Below, piece after piece: positions 12,336 to 25,369 of a stretch of 64,000 nucleotides of DNA. The stretch is from Mobula hypostoma. Its lineage: Eukaryota. How positions within the stretch are numbered: position 1 is the first letter of the stretch; each line of letters begins with the position of its first letter. The stretch lies in contig NC_086108.1 of assembly GCF_963921235.1 (NCBI RefSeq), positions 8,990,001 through 9,054,000 on the forward strand, in the 5' to 3' direction. The position numbers and the translations under genes were made by a program. Below the pieces are notes generated by a model, which did no database searches, was not told the DNA's origin, and was given only the letters and a program-made list of their open reading frames with translations.

Positions 12336-13057
12336 CGAGGTTTCCTCGCCTCTGCGCTGAACTACGTTGAATTACATAGGGGACTCCCTTTGTGGACTTT
12401 GGTTCAGAACGCTATTTGCTTGCAGTTATTGTGTGCCTGATTTTTTTTCTTTGCATATTGGGTGTTTGATGTGTTTTTTTAATGTGTTCTTCTGGGTTTC
12501 TTTGTTTTGAGGCTGCCTGGAAGATGAATCTCAAGGTTGTATAAAGTATACATACTTTGATAATAAATGTACTTTGCACTTTCTTGTGCAGGCTGCACAC
12601 AGGCAAGTGGGTGTCGGGAGCTTTTGCAAAGCAGCAGGAGACACAGCACGGCAGTCACATATAGTCCGGACCAGGCAGCTGCAGCAGATGATCTTCTCTA
12701 AAGGGTCGCGGAGAACCCTGCCGGGTTTCCTATAGGAACAAAAGAGTTCCATTCCTACAGCACTCTCGGACCTCTTAGGACGTACAAGGGGTTTCACGGC
12801 CAAAGGCTGAAAGTGGTAGATCTGGGTTTGACTCCAGCGTTGAGTTTGTTGAAAATGATGGGACAGCTTTCGAATGATACGGTCCAGGTGCAGGTAGATG
12901 GGATTAGGCAGAAGACCAGCTTAGCATGGGTTAAATGGGCCAAAGGGCTTGTGTTGGCACTGTAATGCTCTATGACTCTAAAGGATTGCAGTCACTTCTC
13001 AGACCTCGAGGTCGTGGATGACTTGCTAGGTGCTGACAGGACCCACAGACTCCATGA

Positions 13058-15249
13058 GGAAGAGGGTAGCTGACAGGGTGGTTAGGGAAGGGGATAGCTG
13101 ACAGGGTGGTTAGGGAAGGGGATAGTTGGGAGGGTGGTTAGGGAAGGGGATAGTTGGCAGGGTGGTTAGGGAAGGGGATAGTTGGGAGGGTGGTTAGGGA
13201 AGGGGATAGCTGGCAGGGTGGTTAGGGAAGGGGATAGCTGGCAGGGTGGTTAGGGAAGGGGATAGTTGGCAAGGTGGTTAGGGAAGGGGATAGTTGGCAG
13301 GGTGGTTAGGGAAGGGGATAGCTGGCAGGGTGGTTAGGGAAGGGGATAGCTGGTAGGGTGGTTAGGGAAGGGGATAGTTGGGAGGGTGGTTAGGGAAGGG
13401 GATAGTTGGCAAGGTGGTTAGGGAAGGGGATAGCTGGCAGGGTGGTTAGGGAAGGGGATAGCTGGCAGGGTGGTTAGGGAAGGGGATAGCTGGCAGGGTG
13501 GTTAGGGAAGGGGATAGCTGGCAAGGTGGTTAGGGAAGGGGATAGCTGGCAGGGTGGTTAGGGAAGGGGATAGCTGGCATGGTTGTTTGGGAAGGGGATA
13601 GCTGGCAGGGTGGTTAGGGAAGGGGATAGTTGGCAGGGTGGTTAGGGAAGGGGATAGTTGGCAGGGTGGTTAAGGAAGGGGATAGTTGGCAAGGTGGTTA
13701 GGGAAGGGGATAGCTGCCAGGGTGGTTAGGGAAGGGGATAGTTGGCAGGGTGGTTAGGGAAGGGGATAGCTGGCAGGGTGGTTAGGGAAGGGGATAGTTG
13801 GCAAGGTGGTTAGGGAAGGGGATAGTTGGCAGGGTGGTTAGGGAAGGGGATAGTTGGGAGGGTGGTTAGGGAAGGGGATAGCTGGCAGGGTGGTTAGGGA
13901 AGGGGATAGTTGGCAGGGTGGTTAGGGAAGGGGATAGTTGGGAGGGTGGTTAGGGAAGGGGATAGCTGGCAGGGTGGTTAGGGAAGGGGATAGCTGGCAG
14001 GGTGGTTAGGGAAGGGGATAGTTGGGAGGGTGGTTAGGGAAGGGGATAGTTGGGAGGGTGGTTAGGGAAGGGGATAGCTGGCAGGGTGGTTAGGGAAGGG
14101 GATAGCTGGCAGGGTGGTTTGGGAAGGGGATAGTTGGCAGGGTGGTTAGGGAAGGGGATAGCTGGCAGGGTGGTTAGGGAAGGGGATAGTTGGGAGGGTG
14201 GTTAGGGAAGGGGATAGTTGGGAGGGTGGTTAGGGAAGGGGATAGCTGGCAGGGTGGTTAGGGAAGGGGATAGTTGGCAGGGTGGTTAGGGAAGGGGATA
14301 GCTGGCATGGTTGTTTGGGAAGGGGATAGCTGGCATGGTTGTTTGGGAAGGGGATAGCTGCCAGGGTGGTTAGGGAAGGGGATAGTTGGGAGGGTGGTTA
14401 GGGAAGGGGATAGTTGGCAAGGTGGTTAGGGAAGGGGATAGTTGGCAGGGTGGTTAGGGAAGGGGATAGCTGGCAGGGTGGTTAGGGAAGGGGATAGTTG
14501 GGAGGGTGGTTAGGGAAGGGGATAGCTGGCAGGGTGGTTAGGGAAGGGGATAGTTGGGAGGGTGGTTAGGGAAGGGGATAGTTGGCAGGGTGGTTAGGGA
14601 AGGGGATAGCTGGCAGGGTGGTTAGGGAAGGGGATAGTTGGCAAGGTGGTTAGGGAAGGGGATAGTTGGCAGGGTGGTTAGGGAAGGGGATAGTTGGGAG
14701 GGTGGTTAGGGAAGGGGATAGCTGGCAGGGTGGTTAGGGAAGGGGATAGTTGGCAGGGTGGTTAGGGAAGGGGATAGTTGGGAGGGTGGTTAGGGAAGGG
14801 GATAGCTGGCAGGGTGGCTAGGGAAGGGGATAGTTGGGAGGGTGGTTAGGGAAGGGGATAGTTGGGAGGGTGGTTAGGGAAGGGGATAGCTGGCAGGGTG
14901 GTTTGGGAAGGGGATAGTTGGCAGGGTGGTTAGGGAAGGGGATAGCTGGCAGGGTGGTTAGGGAAGGGGATAGTTGGGAGGGTGGTTAGGGAAGGGGATA
15001 GTTGGGAGGGTGGTTAGGGAAGGGGATAGCTGGCAGGGTGGTTAGGGAAGGGGATAGTTGGGAGGGTGGTTAGGGAAGGGGATAGTTGGGAGGGTGGTTA
15101 GGGAAGGGGATAGCTGGCAGGGTGGTTAGGGAAGGGGATAGCTGGCAGGGTGGTTAGGGAAGGGGATAGCTGGCAGGGTGGTTAGGGAAGGGGATAGCTG
15201 GCAGGTTGGTTAGGGAAGAGGGTAGCTGGCAGGGTGGTTAGGGAAGAGG
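13058..15249. repeat. 28-bp G-rich minisatellite, ~78 copies, each containing TTAGGG
   Basis: Unit AGGGTGGTTAGGGAAGGGGATAG(C/T)TGG(C/G); period verified (GTTAGG at 13081 and 13109). Confidence 0.98.
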
Positions 15250-15659
15250 CAAAAATCTCTCTTACACAGGACGTCTGCATACACAGAGCACGCGGACCCG
15301 AGGTTCTCAGTGTTCTGGTTCCTCCCAAGTCTGACCTGGGCTTTGCCACGATCCTCAAACCCCTTTCTCCATCTGTCTGATAATCTCCTCTTGTGGCAGG
15401 ACTTGGGAACAGAGGACACAAGGTCAAGCATCTGGAGGTCCCCATGGTCACAGACTGTGGAGGGAGCGCAGGTACCAAATGGTCACCGGCCACAGATGCC
15501 ACTGTGACTTCCGGCCAGAGGAGATGGTTTCCCCGGAGCACCACACACCTCCTGAACGCTGGGGGTCTTCCTGAACCCTGAACCCTGAACCCTGGGGGTC
15601 TACCCGAACCCAGTTGAGGAATTCTAGCCAGGGAACCAAGAGGAACTGTAGCACAGGTC

Positions 15660-16400
15660 AGCATGGTAGCGTAGTGTAGCTGTCAGCATAACGCTTTGCA
15701 ATGATAGCCATCAGACAAATCAGTTTCAAATCCTGCTGCTGTCTATAAGAACAGCGTGACCACGTGGATGGCGGTATGGTAGCACAGAGGTCAGCATGAC
15801 GCCTTACAGTACAGGTGTCCCTGGTTCAATTCCCACCGCTGCCTGTAAGGAGTTTGTATGTTCTCCGCGTGACTGCGTGGTTTTCCTGCGGGTGCCCCGA
15901 TCAGACCAGGGTTAAAACGGGCAGCACGGCTCTAAGGGCCTGAAGGGCAAGTTCTGCACTGTATCCAGATAACATTTTCCTCCGGGTGCTCCGGTTTCCT
16001 CCCACGTTGGCGTGTTCTGCTGGCGCCAGAAACATGGCAACACTTGCGGGCTGCCCCCAGCACATCCTCCGACTGTGTTGGTTGTTGATGCAAACGTCAC
16101 ATTTTGAAGTTTCGATATACCGCACGTGTATGTACGTTGTGACCAATAAAGATGATCCATTTCTATAGCAACAAGTCGAGGAACCATTTGAGCTGTGTTG
16201 CTCAGCAATCCCCGATTTTAACCCTAGTCTAATTACAAGACAACTTTACTAACCGATACATCTTTGTACTGTGGGAGGAAACACAAGGAACAGAAACTTG
16301 CTTACACAGGACGGTGGATTTGAACTCTAAACTCCCGCAATGGGCAATCCCAAGCAGTACTGCGCAGCACTAACCGCTACGCTGAATTGGCGCGCCCAAG
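15660..16400. mobile_element. Cluster of HE1/V-SINE-like SINE fragments
   Basis: A/B-box-like GGTAGC...GGTTCAATTCC and TTTCCTCCGGGTGCTCCGGTTTCCTCCCAC cores, in both orientations. Confidence 0.7.
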
Positions 16401-16777
16401 CTTTAACCTGACCTACAGTACCTGGGGGTGCTGGACAGAACCGGTCCAGCTGCTTCTCTACAGAGGCTGGTGGCCACTATGGTCTAGCCTCCTGCCTCGC
16501 TTGCCAAGATCCTGAGTTAGCTGGAGGGCAACAGGGAGGTTCAGGACTCTGCTGAGGTTTGGGAGATCGGCCGTCAGTCACCCGTGAGTGTCTGTACTTG
16601 GGAGGCACCCCTCTACCTTCAGCCTCTGCAGAGACCCCTGTCCGCTGAGCACCCTCCCAGACAGCGAGGGTAGCTGACACTTCCCCCCCAGGGACAATGC
16701 CGCCCAGACCAACACAACTCTCAGTGGACAGCACTGGATGTGTACGGCAGCTTTCCGGAGTCTGGGAGATGGTCAAA

Positions 16778-17789
16778 ATTCAAAGTAAATTTAATTTTAA
16801 AATTACCTATATGTCACCATTCAGTTTTTTGTCGGCATTTATAGTTGATACAAAGAAATAAAACAGAACTAATGAAAATCTACACACAAAGAACCAATGT
16901 GCAAAGACAACACATTGTGCAAATACAAAATGAAAATTTAAAAAACATAATAAATAAATAATACTGAGAACATGAGTTGTAGTCCTTGAAAGTGAGTCTA
17001 TAGATTGTAAAATCAGTTCAGTGTTGAGGTGAGTGAAGTTATCCACACTGGTTCAGGAGCCTGATGGTTGTAGGGTAATAACTGTTCCTGAACCTGGTGG
17101 TGTGGGACCTGAGGCTCATTGTGGTGGGTGAAGTTATCCACACTGGTTCAGGAGCCTGATGGTTGTGGGGTGATAACTGTTCCTGAACCTGGTGGTGTGG
17201 GACCTGAGGCTCATTGAGGTGGGTGAAGTTATCCACACTGGTTCAGGAGCCTGATGGTTGTGGGGTAATAACTGCTCCTGAACCTGGTGGTGTGGGACCT
17301 GAGGCTCATTGTGGTGAGTGAAGTTATCCACACTGGTTCAGGGAGCCTGATGGTCGTGGGGTAATAACTGTTCCTGAACCTGGTGGTGTGGGACCTGAGG
17401 CTCAGTGTGGTGAGTGAAGTTATCCACACTGGTTCAGGAGCCTGATGGTCGTGGGGTAATAACTGTTCCTGAACCTGGTGGTGTGGGACCTGAGGCTCAG
17501 TGTGGTGAGTGAAGTTATCCACACTGGTTCAGGAGCCTGATGGTCGTGGGGTAATAACTGTTCCTGAACCTGGTGGTGTGGGACCTGAGGCTCATTGTGG
17601 TGAGTGAAGTTATCCACACTGGTTCAGGAGCCTGATGGTTGTGGGGTAATAACTGTTCCTGAACCTGGTGGTGTGGGACCTGAGGTTCATTGTGGTGAGT
17701 GAAGTTATCCACACTGGTTCAGGAGCCTGATGGTTGTGGGGTAATAACTGTTCCTGAACCTGGTGGTGTGGGACCTGAGGCTCCTGTAC
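16778..17789 (-). mobile_element. LINE (Rex/L2-like) 3' end carrying a 95-bp tandem array (8 copies, ~17025-17789)
   Basis: Unit encodes SLRSHTTRFRNSYYPTTIRLLN (ORF2 C-terminus) plus the start of the 3' UTR; the 3' UTR continues at 16778-17030. Confidence 0.9.
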
Positions 17790-17899
17790 CCGATGGTCAC
17801 CCTCTCCACTTCCAGTCAGGGCAATTCCTGCCACTGGGGGGAGGGGCTCGGTCACTGAGGTGGCCAGGTGAAGGGATGGACCGGTCAGAAGAAAGATTA

Positions 17900-18678
17900 A
17901 AGACTTAAGATTTAAAATTAGCTCATTAACTGATATCTCATTTTAATACAAACACCAATCTTTCTATCTTGGATTTTTTTTCTCTCTTTCAGGGTTCTTT
18001 TGAAGACCCTGACCTGGAGTTACACTCTGACTTCAGTTCTTTGCGGGAATGGGACCCACTCTTGGGGCCTCACGACCGACCACTTCTTGATAGCCAAGGA
18101 TGCGGCCTGGAATACTAGCGCTAGCGCGACTTCAGGGTTCTGGATTTTCCGCGGCTCTGGGGACGTGCTGATTCTAGGCCGGTGCCCCTGACAGAGACGT
18201 TGCAAGAGAACACGGAACCTCGGGAGAAGCGGGTTAGCTGCCGGGGGCTGTGGGGGCCGACTCTCTGGGCGCAGACCTCGGAAAAAGCCGCACAACAGAC
18301 TTTTAACATCGTAAATCAGAGATGTTTGTTATGTCTCCCCTCTCGCTGTGAAATGGCGACACCTCTAGAGAAAGAGAATGTGGTATTAAAGGGTGAACGA
18401 GTCGTTTCTGGGGTACTACAAGTCTGTGTCTTTATTGATGCTTTACTGCACTCGGTGGAGGGGGCTGATGCTTTTTTGCGGGCGGGGGGTAATTGACTTG
18501 CTGCTGCTTGTGTGTGGGAGGGAGGAGCTGGGGGGGGCTTTGGGGTTCTAACGTTTAACTGTCATTCATCCTCTGGTGCACTCCTCTGTTTTTGTGGATG
18601 TTTGCGAAGAAAAAGAATTTCAGGATGTGTATTGTATACATTTCTCTGGTATAAAATGTTCCTGTTGAAACCTACTGA
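17900..18678 (+). mobile_element. Unclassified CpG-rich retroelement 3' UTR-like repeat
   Basis: Ends with an AAGAATTTCAGG...TGTATACATTTCTCTG tail similar to other LINE tails in the window; no coding remnant. Confidence 0.4.
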
Positions 18679-18755
18679 GGTCCTGATGAAGGGTCTCAGC
18701 CTGAACCTGTCGACCGCTTCTCCCCCTTCATAGAACGGCTGAGTTCCTCCAGTGT

Positions 18756-18759
<4 letters not shown>

Positions 18760-18811
<52 letters not shown>

Positions 18812-18848
18812 TATGTGTGCGTGTGCGTGCGTGTGTGTGTGCGCGCGC
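18760..18848. repeat. (GT)n microsatellite grown from a Penelope-derived repeat
   Basis: Direct observation; follows GAGTTCCTCCAGTG. Confidence 0.95.
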
Positions 18849-20302
18849 ATTGCTCAGAACTTCCAGTGTCACAAACACAAAATCCTCTTGTGTTTCAACC
18901 TTTCTGATGAACGGTGGTTAATTGCTGTTTGTCACAACACAGTTGGAGGCCACTCAGTCCATCATATCCAGTTTGTATCCTAGTGGAGCAGTTCAATCAG
19001 CCCCTTGTGTTCCTTAGGCTGAAAGTAGACCCTTTCCAACCCAACCCTCACGCACACACCCCGCACCACGTCACCACTCTCAGCTCTGATCAAATGCAAA
19101 TATTCGCCTTTTCATCTCTCAACTGCCGAAGCACCTTCTGAGAACGTCTTCCGGCGGAGCAGGGGAGGCTGTGAGGAGCTGCCTAAACTCTGGAGAGTGG
19201 AAGCGAGGGAGCGATCATTTCCAACCGCACGAGCAATTATTAATGGAAAACAGAGGCCAAGGTGAATTTCTGCTAAGCGCAGCCTGAGATCATTGCGGGA
19301 CCTGTTTCAACAAGAACTTTCAAAGTGCATAAATATTTGAAATGGGAAAAAAAGAGTCAGTTAACAACAAAAAAAGGGAAGGGCATAATTGTCAGCTCTC
19401 GTGAGGGGCTGACTTGTCTGCCGTGCTGTGGTATTCAGTAACTCTCTTCTATAAATGGTTGTATAAAACCCCACTTGAGGAGCATTAGCTTCTGGCAATG
19501 CTGTCTGTGTGCGAATACTGAGTCTCTAAAACTTTCGCAGATGTACTGTGCAGAGCATTCTGACAGGCTGCGTTACCGTCATGTGTGCGGGGGCGGTGGG
19601 GGGCGGCTACTGCACAGGATTCTAAAGGTGTAGAATTAGGACCCCTATCACGCAGGTCGTGCCCTCTTCTCATTGCTACTATCGAGGAGGAGGTACAGGA
19701 ACCTGAAGACACACACTCAACAATTCAGGAACGGCTTCTCCCCCTCGGCCATCGATTTCTGATTGGACATTGAACCCATGAACACTACCTCACTTTTTTC
19801 TCTTTTTGCACTACTTAACTATTTAATATACTTATATACTTACTGTAATCGATTTTTTTCTATATTTATCATGTATTGCTTGTACTGCAAAGTTAACAAA
19901 TTTCACAACATATGCCGGTGATACTAAACCTGATTCTGATTTGGTCTCATCTCGTCAAGGCTGGCCTGAGAAACACTTTCACCGAGCTTCTTAGAGTCAT
20001 GGAATCGTGCAGCAAAGAAACAGGCCCTTCGGCCCACCTGGTTCATTCTAACCAAACAACACAAGGGATTCTGCGGATGCTGGCATTCCAGAGTAACACA
20101 CACAAACTACTGGAGGAACTCAGCTGATCAGGCAGCATCTTCAGAGGGGAATAAAGAGCTGACATGATGAAGGGTCTTGGCCCAAGACATCTTCATTGAT
20201 GCTGCCTGACCTGCTGAGCTCCTCCAGCATTTTTTTGTGCATTATCTTGGGCAGCAAGTGTATCTCTCACCACCCCACCAAGCTGGAAAAATTTTCCTGT
20301 GA

Positions 20303-20402
20303 TTGGCCCATATGCTTACAAACCAAAGATTCCCAAGCTGGGTCCATGGACCACTCGGTTAATGGTATTGGTCCATGGCATAAAAAAGGTTGGGAACCTC
20401 TG
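20303..20402. mobile_element. Short hAT-like MITE; second copy ~27968-28055
   Basis: Imperfect CAGGGGTTCCCAACC / GGTTGGGAACCTCTG termini; shared interior TGGTATT.GTCCATGG.ATAAAAAAGG. Confidence 0.55.
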
Positions 20403-21877
20403 CTCTAAGCTGAGTACTGTACCTAGCCTTGAGTCATAGAACAGCACAGCACAAACACAGGCCCTTTGGCCCATCTAGTCCATGCCAAACCATTTAAGCT
20501 GCCTACTCCCATCAACCTGCACCGGGACAGTAGCCCCTCCAAATCCCTATCATGCATGTACCTATCCAAAATTCGCTTAAAAGTTTAGATTATGAAGACA
20601 CGCAGTCCTCTTTTATTGTCATATAGTAATGCATGCATTAAGAAATGATACACTGTTAAAATCGAGCTCACGTGCACCACTTGCACTGGCAACTCGTTCC
20701 ACACTCTCACCACCCTCTGAGTGAAGACGTTTACCCTCACGTTCCCCTTAAACTTTTCACCTTTAAACCCATGGGCACTAGTCCCACCCAACCTCAGTGG
20801 GAAAAGCATGCCTGCAATTACCCTATCTATACCCCAAATATCCCCTCAAACTGCTATGTTCCAGGGTATAAACCTGGCCCTATTTACATTTCTCCTGTAG
20901 GTAGGTGACTGAAACCTCATACGACACACCAAATTAGGCAACTCCACCACCTGTCTAATTGCCCTTGTGCTTGCCTCAGCAGCTCACTCCACATACGGCC
21001 CTACCTCTGTGGGGGGGAAAAAACTGCCTCTCTTCCCCTCTCACCTTTGACCTGTGCCCTCTCACTCTCCCCGGTGACCAAAGGAAATGCTTCAAAGCTA
21101 ACATCAAAATCAGCCTGAAGATATCCAACATTACATCTCAAAACTGGGCAGGTGTTGCACTCAATAGATACACCAGTTCAAGAGGGAGCTGTGAGCTGTG
21201 AGCAGCCTCGGCATTACCAAAGAGAACAAGCAGCAGCTGAGAAGGGAGAGACTGGACAACCAAAGACCCAAACACTAACCACGGCCACCACTCACTCTTG
21301 ACCAGTGTGGCGCAGTGTCCAGGCTGGAGCCAGTGCTGCCCCCCAGTGTTCACTCCGCAGAAGACAAGCTGCACTGTAGTCGACTGCAGATTTCTGCGGC
21401 ATTCGTGGACTCAGGATTTTATTTTGCGCGACTGCATTTTACTGATCTCATACATGTGTTTGCTATCTTGTATGTGCTACGTGTGCTTTGTGCTGTGTGT
21501 GAATGTTGGTATTGTGTTTTGTACCTTGGCCCCAGAGTAGCTGTCTCGTTTGGCTGTATTCATGTAGGGTTGAATGCCAATTAAACTTGAATTGAATTGA
21601 ATTATATGGATCCCCGATCGGCCTCGACAACCACGTGAGGACCCACCAATAAATATCCCCTTACGAGAACATCTAACTCAACTGGAGATCGCATTACTAC
21701 TAGTAATTTTCGTTTCCCCAACCCAGGGGAAAGAAAGTGCGTAACCCTCCTAATTACACCCCTTGTGACTTTATATACCTCAGTCTCCTAGCTCTAATGC
21801 AGGGCTTCGTAACCGTTTTTATGCCATGGACCCTTTCGGCAGTTCAGTGAAGCCTACGGACCCTACAGAATAGAGAG

Positions 21878-22450
21878 GAGGCTTTACAAGGCACTGGCGA
21901 GGCCTCCACTTGGAGTACTGTGAGCAGTTTTGGGCCCCTTATCTGAGAAAGGATTCACTGACAATGGAGGAGGTTCAATGGAGGTTCACAAAAATGATTT
22001 TGGGATTGAAAGGGTTGTCATACGAGGAGCATTTGATGGCTGTCGGCCCTATACTCGCTGGAACTCAGATGGACCAGTGGTGACCTCATTGAAACCTACT
22101 GAATGTTGAAAGGCTTCGATACAGTGGATGTGGAGAGGATGTTTCCTGTGGTGGGGGGAGTCTAAGACCAGAGGACACAGCCTCCGATTAGTGGGGTGTT
22201 CTTTTAGAATGGAGATGAGGAGGAGTTTCTTTAGCCACAGGGTGGTGAATCTGTGGAATTCATTGCCACAGGCAGCTGTGGAGACCAAGTCAGAGGTTGA
22301 TAGATTCTTAATTATTCAGAGTGTGAAGGGATACGGGGAGAAGGCAGAAGATTGGGGCTGAGAAGGAAAATGGATCAGCCATGATGAAATGGCGGTGCAG
22401 ACTAGGTGGGCCAAATGGCCTAATTCTGCTCCTATAGCTCATGGTTTTAT
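21878..22450 (+). mobile_element. CR1 3' fragment
   Basis: LYKAL.RP.LEYC, ESKTRGHSLR, RVVNLWNSLP, and CR1 3' UTR. Confidence 0.85.
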
Positions 22451-23219
22451 GTATAAAATACACAGGATTAGAAAATAAAGCAATTATATTGAAATACAGT
22501 TATCAAAATACCACAGTGGTTTGTTACCTGCACGCGTTGGGGAAGCAAATGCTCCAATCAGATTCCTTCTTCTCCAGCCCTTGACCTTTCCCACCCACCT
22601 GGCTTCACCTCTCACCTTCCTGTGCCCCCAAACCTTTTTATTCTGTCATCTTCCCACGTCCTTTCCAGTCCTGAAGAAGGGTCTCGGCCCGAAACATTTC
22701 CTTCGGCTCTGCCTGACCTGCCGAGTTCCTCTGTAATGTGTGTGTGTGTTGTTTAAAATGTAAACGTTTCCCCCTCCAAGTTCACCGATGCCCTGCTCGA
22801 GCGAATTCCTAGCCTGCCCAGCCTTGCTCCCCATAGCCCAGTCCGATGGGTCCTAGTCCACGTCAGTGTGGGCCAGCTATCCGAGCAGGCGAGGACTTGC
22901 ACACCACGTTTCTCCATCTTACCCGACCAAGATTAGCTGATCCCAAGTGGTGCTGAGGGTTACGGGGTTGTGGGGGTGACCAGGCCTAACAGGACCCACA
23001 CCCTGGAGAACTGCAATCACAGACACACAACGCCACTCTGCCCTTTCTGCTCCCTCACCCCTCGTGTGTCTTTCATGCAACTCCTTGGCTGGGTTCCCAT
23101 TTCCACGCTCTCGGCCGGTGGGTGTGAGGGGAGGGACCAATCCCTACGAAATGGTTCCAGTTGGAAAACATTAGCTGGTGACCCACTGAGGGACCGTAAT
23201 GCCGGGTGTGTGCGCTGCA

Positions 23220-24977
23220 CCGAGAGAGAGCTGCAGAGGAAGGGCTGTCGTGAGGGAGCTCCACAGTGAGGGAGCACCACAGAGAGAGAGAGCCACACAG
23301 GGAGTGCTCGGTGAGGGAGCACCACACAGAGGGACTGCTGTAGTGAGGGATCTCCACAGTGAGGGAGCACCACAGAGAGAGAGAGAGCTGCAGAGGGAGT
23401 GCTGTGGTGAGGGAGCTCCACAGTCAGGGAGAGCTGCAATGTGGGAGTGCTGTAGTGAGGGAGCTCCACAGAGAGAGAGAGGGAGCCACAGAGGGAGAGC
23501 TGCTGTGAGGGATCCCCACAGTGAGGGAGAGCCACACAGAGGGAGTGCTGCAGTGAGGGAGCTCCAGGAGAGAATACAGTGAGGGCGCTCCAGGAGAGAG
23601 AGAGAGAGAGCTACAGCGAGGGAGCTCCGGGAGAGAGAGAGAGATCTACAGCGAGGGAGCTCCGGGAGAGAGAGAGCGAGCTACAGCGAGGGAGCTCCGG
23701 GAGAGAGAGAGCGAGCTACAGCGAGGGAGCTCCGGGAGAGAGAGAGAGAGCTACAGCGAGGGAGCTCCGGGAGAGAGAGAGAGATCTACAGCGAGGGAGC
23801 TCCGGAAGAGAGAGAGAGAGCTACAGCGAGGGAGCTCCGAGAGAGAGAGCTACAGCGAGGGAGCTCCGTGAGAGAGAGAGAGCTACAGCGAGGGAGCTCC
23901 GGGAGAGAGAGAGAGCTACAGCGAGGGAGCTCCGGGAGAGAGAGAGAGAGAGAGAGAGAGCTACAGCGAGGGAGCTCCGGGAGAGAGAGAGAGAGAGAGA
24001 GCTACAGCGAGGGAGCTCCGGGAGAGAGAGAGAGAGAGAGAGAGTTACAGCGAGGGAGCTCCGGGAGAGAGAGAGAGAGAGAGAGAGAGCTACAGCGAGG
24101 GAGCTCCGGGAGAGAGAGAGCTACAGCGAGGGAGCTCCGGGAGAGAGAGAGAGAGAGAGCTACAGCGAGGGAGCTCCGGGAGAGAGAGAGAGAGAGCCCT
24201 ACAGCGAGGGAGCTCCGGGAGAGAGAGAGCTACAGCGAGGGAGCTCCGGGAGAGAGAGAGCTACAGCGAGGGAGCTCCGGGAGAGAGAGAGAGAGAGAGC
24301 TACAGCGAGGGAGCTCCGGGAGAGAGAGAGCTACAGCGAGGGAGCTCCGGAAGAGAGAGAGAGAGCTACAGCGAGGGAGCTCCGTGAGAGAGAGAGAGCT
24401 ACAGCGAGGGAGCTCCGGGAGAGAGAGAGAGCTACAGCGAGGGAGCTCCGGGAGAGAGAGAGAGCTACAGCGAGGGAGCTCCGAGAGAGAGAGCTACAGC
24501 GAGGGAGCTCCGTGAGAGAGAGAGAGCTACAGCGAGGGAGCTCCGGGAGAGAGAGAGAGAGCTACAGCGAGGGAGCTCCGTGAGAGAGAGAGAGCTACAG
24601 CGAGGGAGCTCCGGGAGAGAGAGAGAGCTACAGCGAGGGAGCTCCGGGAGAGAGAGAGAGCTACAGCGAGGGAGCTCCGGGAGAGAGAGAGAGCTACAGC
24701 GAGGGAGCTCCGGGAGAGAGAGAGAGCTACAGCGAGGGAGCTCCGGGAGAGAGAGAGAGCTACAGCGAGGGAGCTCCGGGAGAGAGAGAGAGCTACAGCG
24801 AGGGAGCTCCGGGAGAGAGAGAGAGAGCTACAGCGAGGGAGCTCCGAGAGAGAGTGAGAGCTACAGCGAGGGAGCACCGGGAGAGAGAGAGAGCTACAGC
24901 GAGGGAGCTCCGGGAGAGAGGGAGAGAGAGCTACAGCGAGGGAGCTCCGGGTGAGAGAGCTACAGCGAGGGAGCTCC
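23220..24977. repeat. Compound minisatellite CTACAGCGAGGGAGCTCCGG(GA)n; homogeneous 23600-24977 (~40-45 units), diverged monomers 23220-23600
   Basis: Constant ~20-bp core with variable GA run; explains the ARELRERE-type ORFs. Confidence 0.97.
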
Positions 24978-25369
24978 ACACAGATTGGCTATGAGGAAGC
25001 ACCACTCCAAGAGAGAGGGGAGAGGGGAGAGGGGAGAGAATGTGGCACTGCGGGACAGCCAGCGGGAGAGGGACAGCTACGGAGCAATGCTGCAGGGAGG
25101 GAGCTCTACACGGAGGGAATGCTTCATCTCCAGTAAAGCTATGGGCCGAGCTGCCACACCTCTCTAAGATGGGGAGGGGAGGATGCCGAGGCCACTCTTC
25201 CCGAGGAGGGACAATACCCTGGGGGGGCTTAGGAATTACCGCTAGAGCTGCATCTCCTGGGCTGCCTGTGGGATCCTACTGTGCCCAGCGACCCACCGCA
25301 GCAGCATGGGGTGATGGAGGTTCGAGGGGAGGGGGGTAGGAGAAGGCAGGGAGGGGTGCAGCCACTCAC

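Noticed and set aside
13058..15249. True interstitial telomere or fusion site
   Set aside because: TTAGGG occurs singly per 28-bp unit, not as (TTAGGG)n, and there is no head-to-head arrangement.
15571..15594. (CCCTGAA)3 telomere-like repeat
   Set aside because: Only three units; consistent with local slippage.
17039..17855. Family of 65-aa MDNFTHH... ORFs (also 44025-44688)
   Set aside because: Frame-rotation artefact of the 95-bp tandem unit.
23600..24977. CRISPR-like look (constant core, variable spacer)
   Set aside because: Spacers are only GA runs, there are no cas genes, and the DNA is eukaryotic.
23579..24979. Long ORFs (334, 215, 150 aa) of ARELRERE/ELQRGSSG repeats
   Set aside because: Translations of the compound minisatellite in all frames, inside an EHD2 intron.
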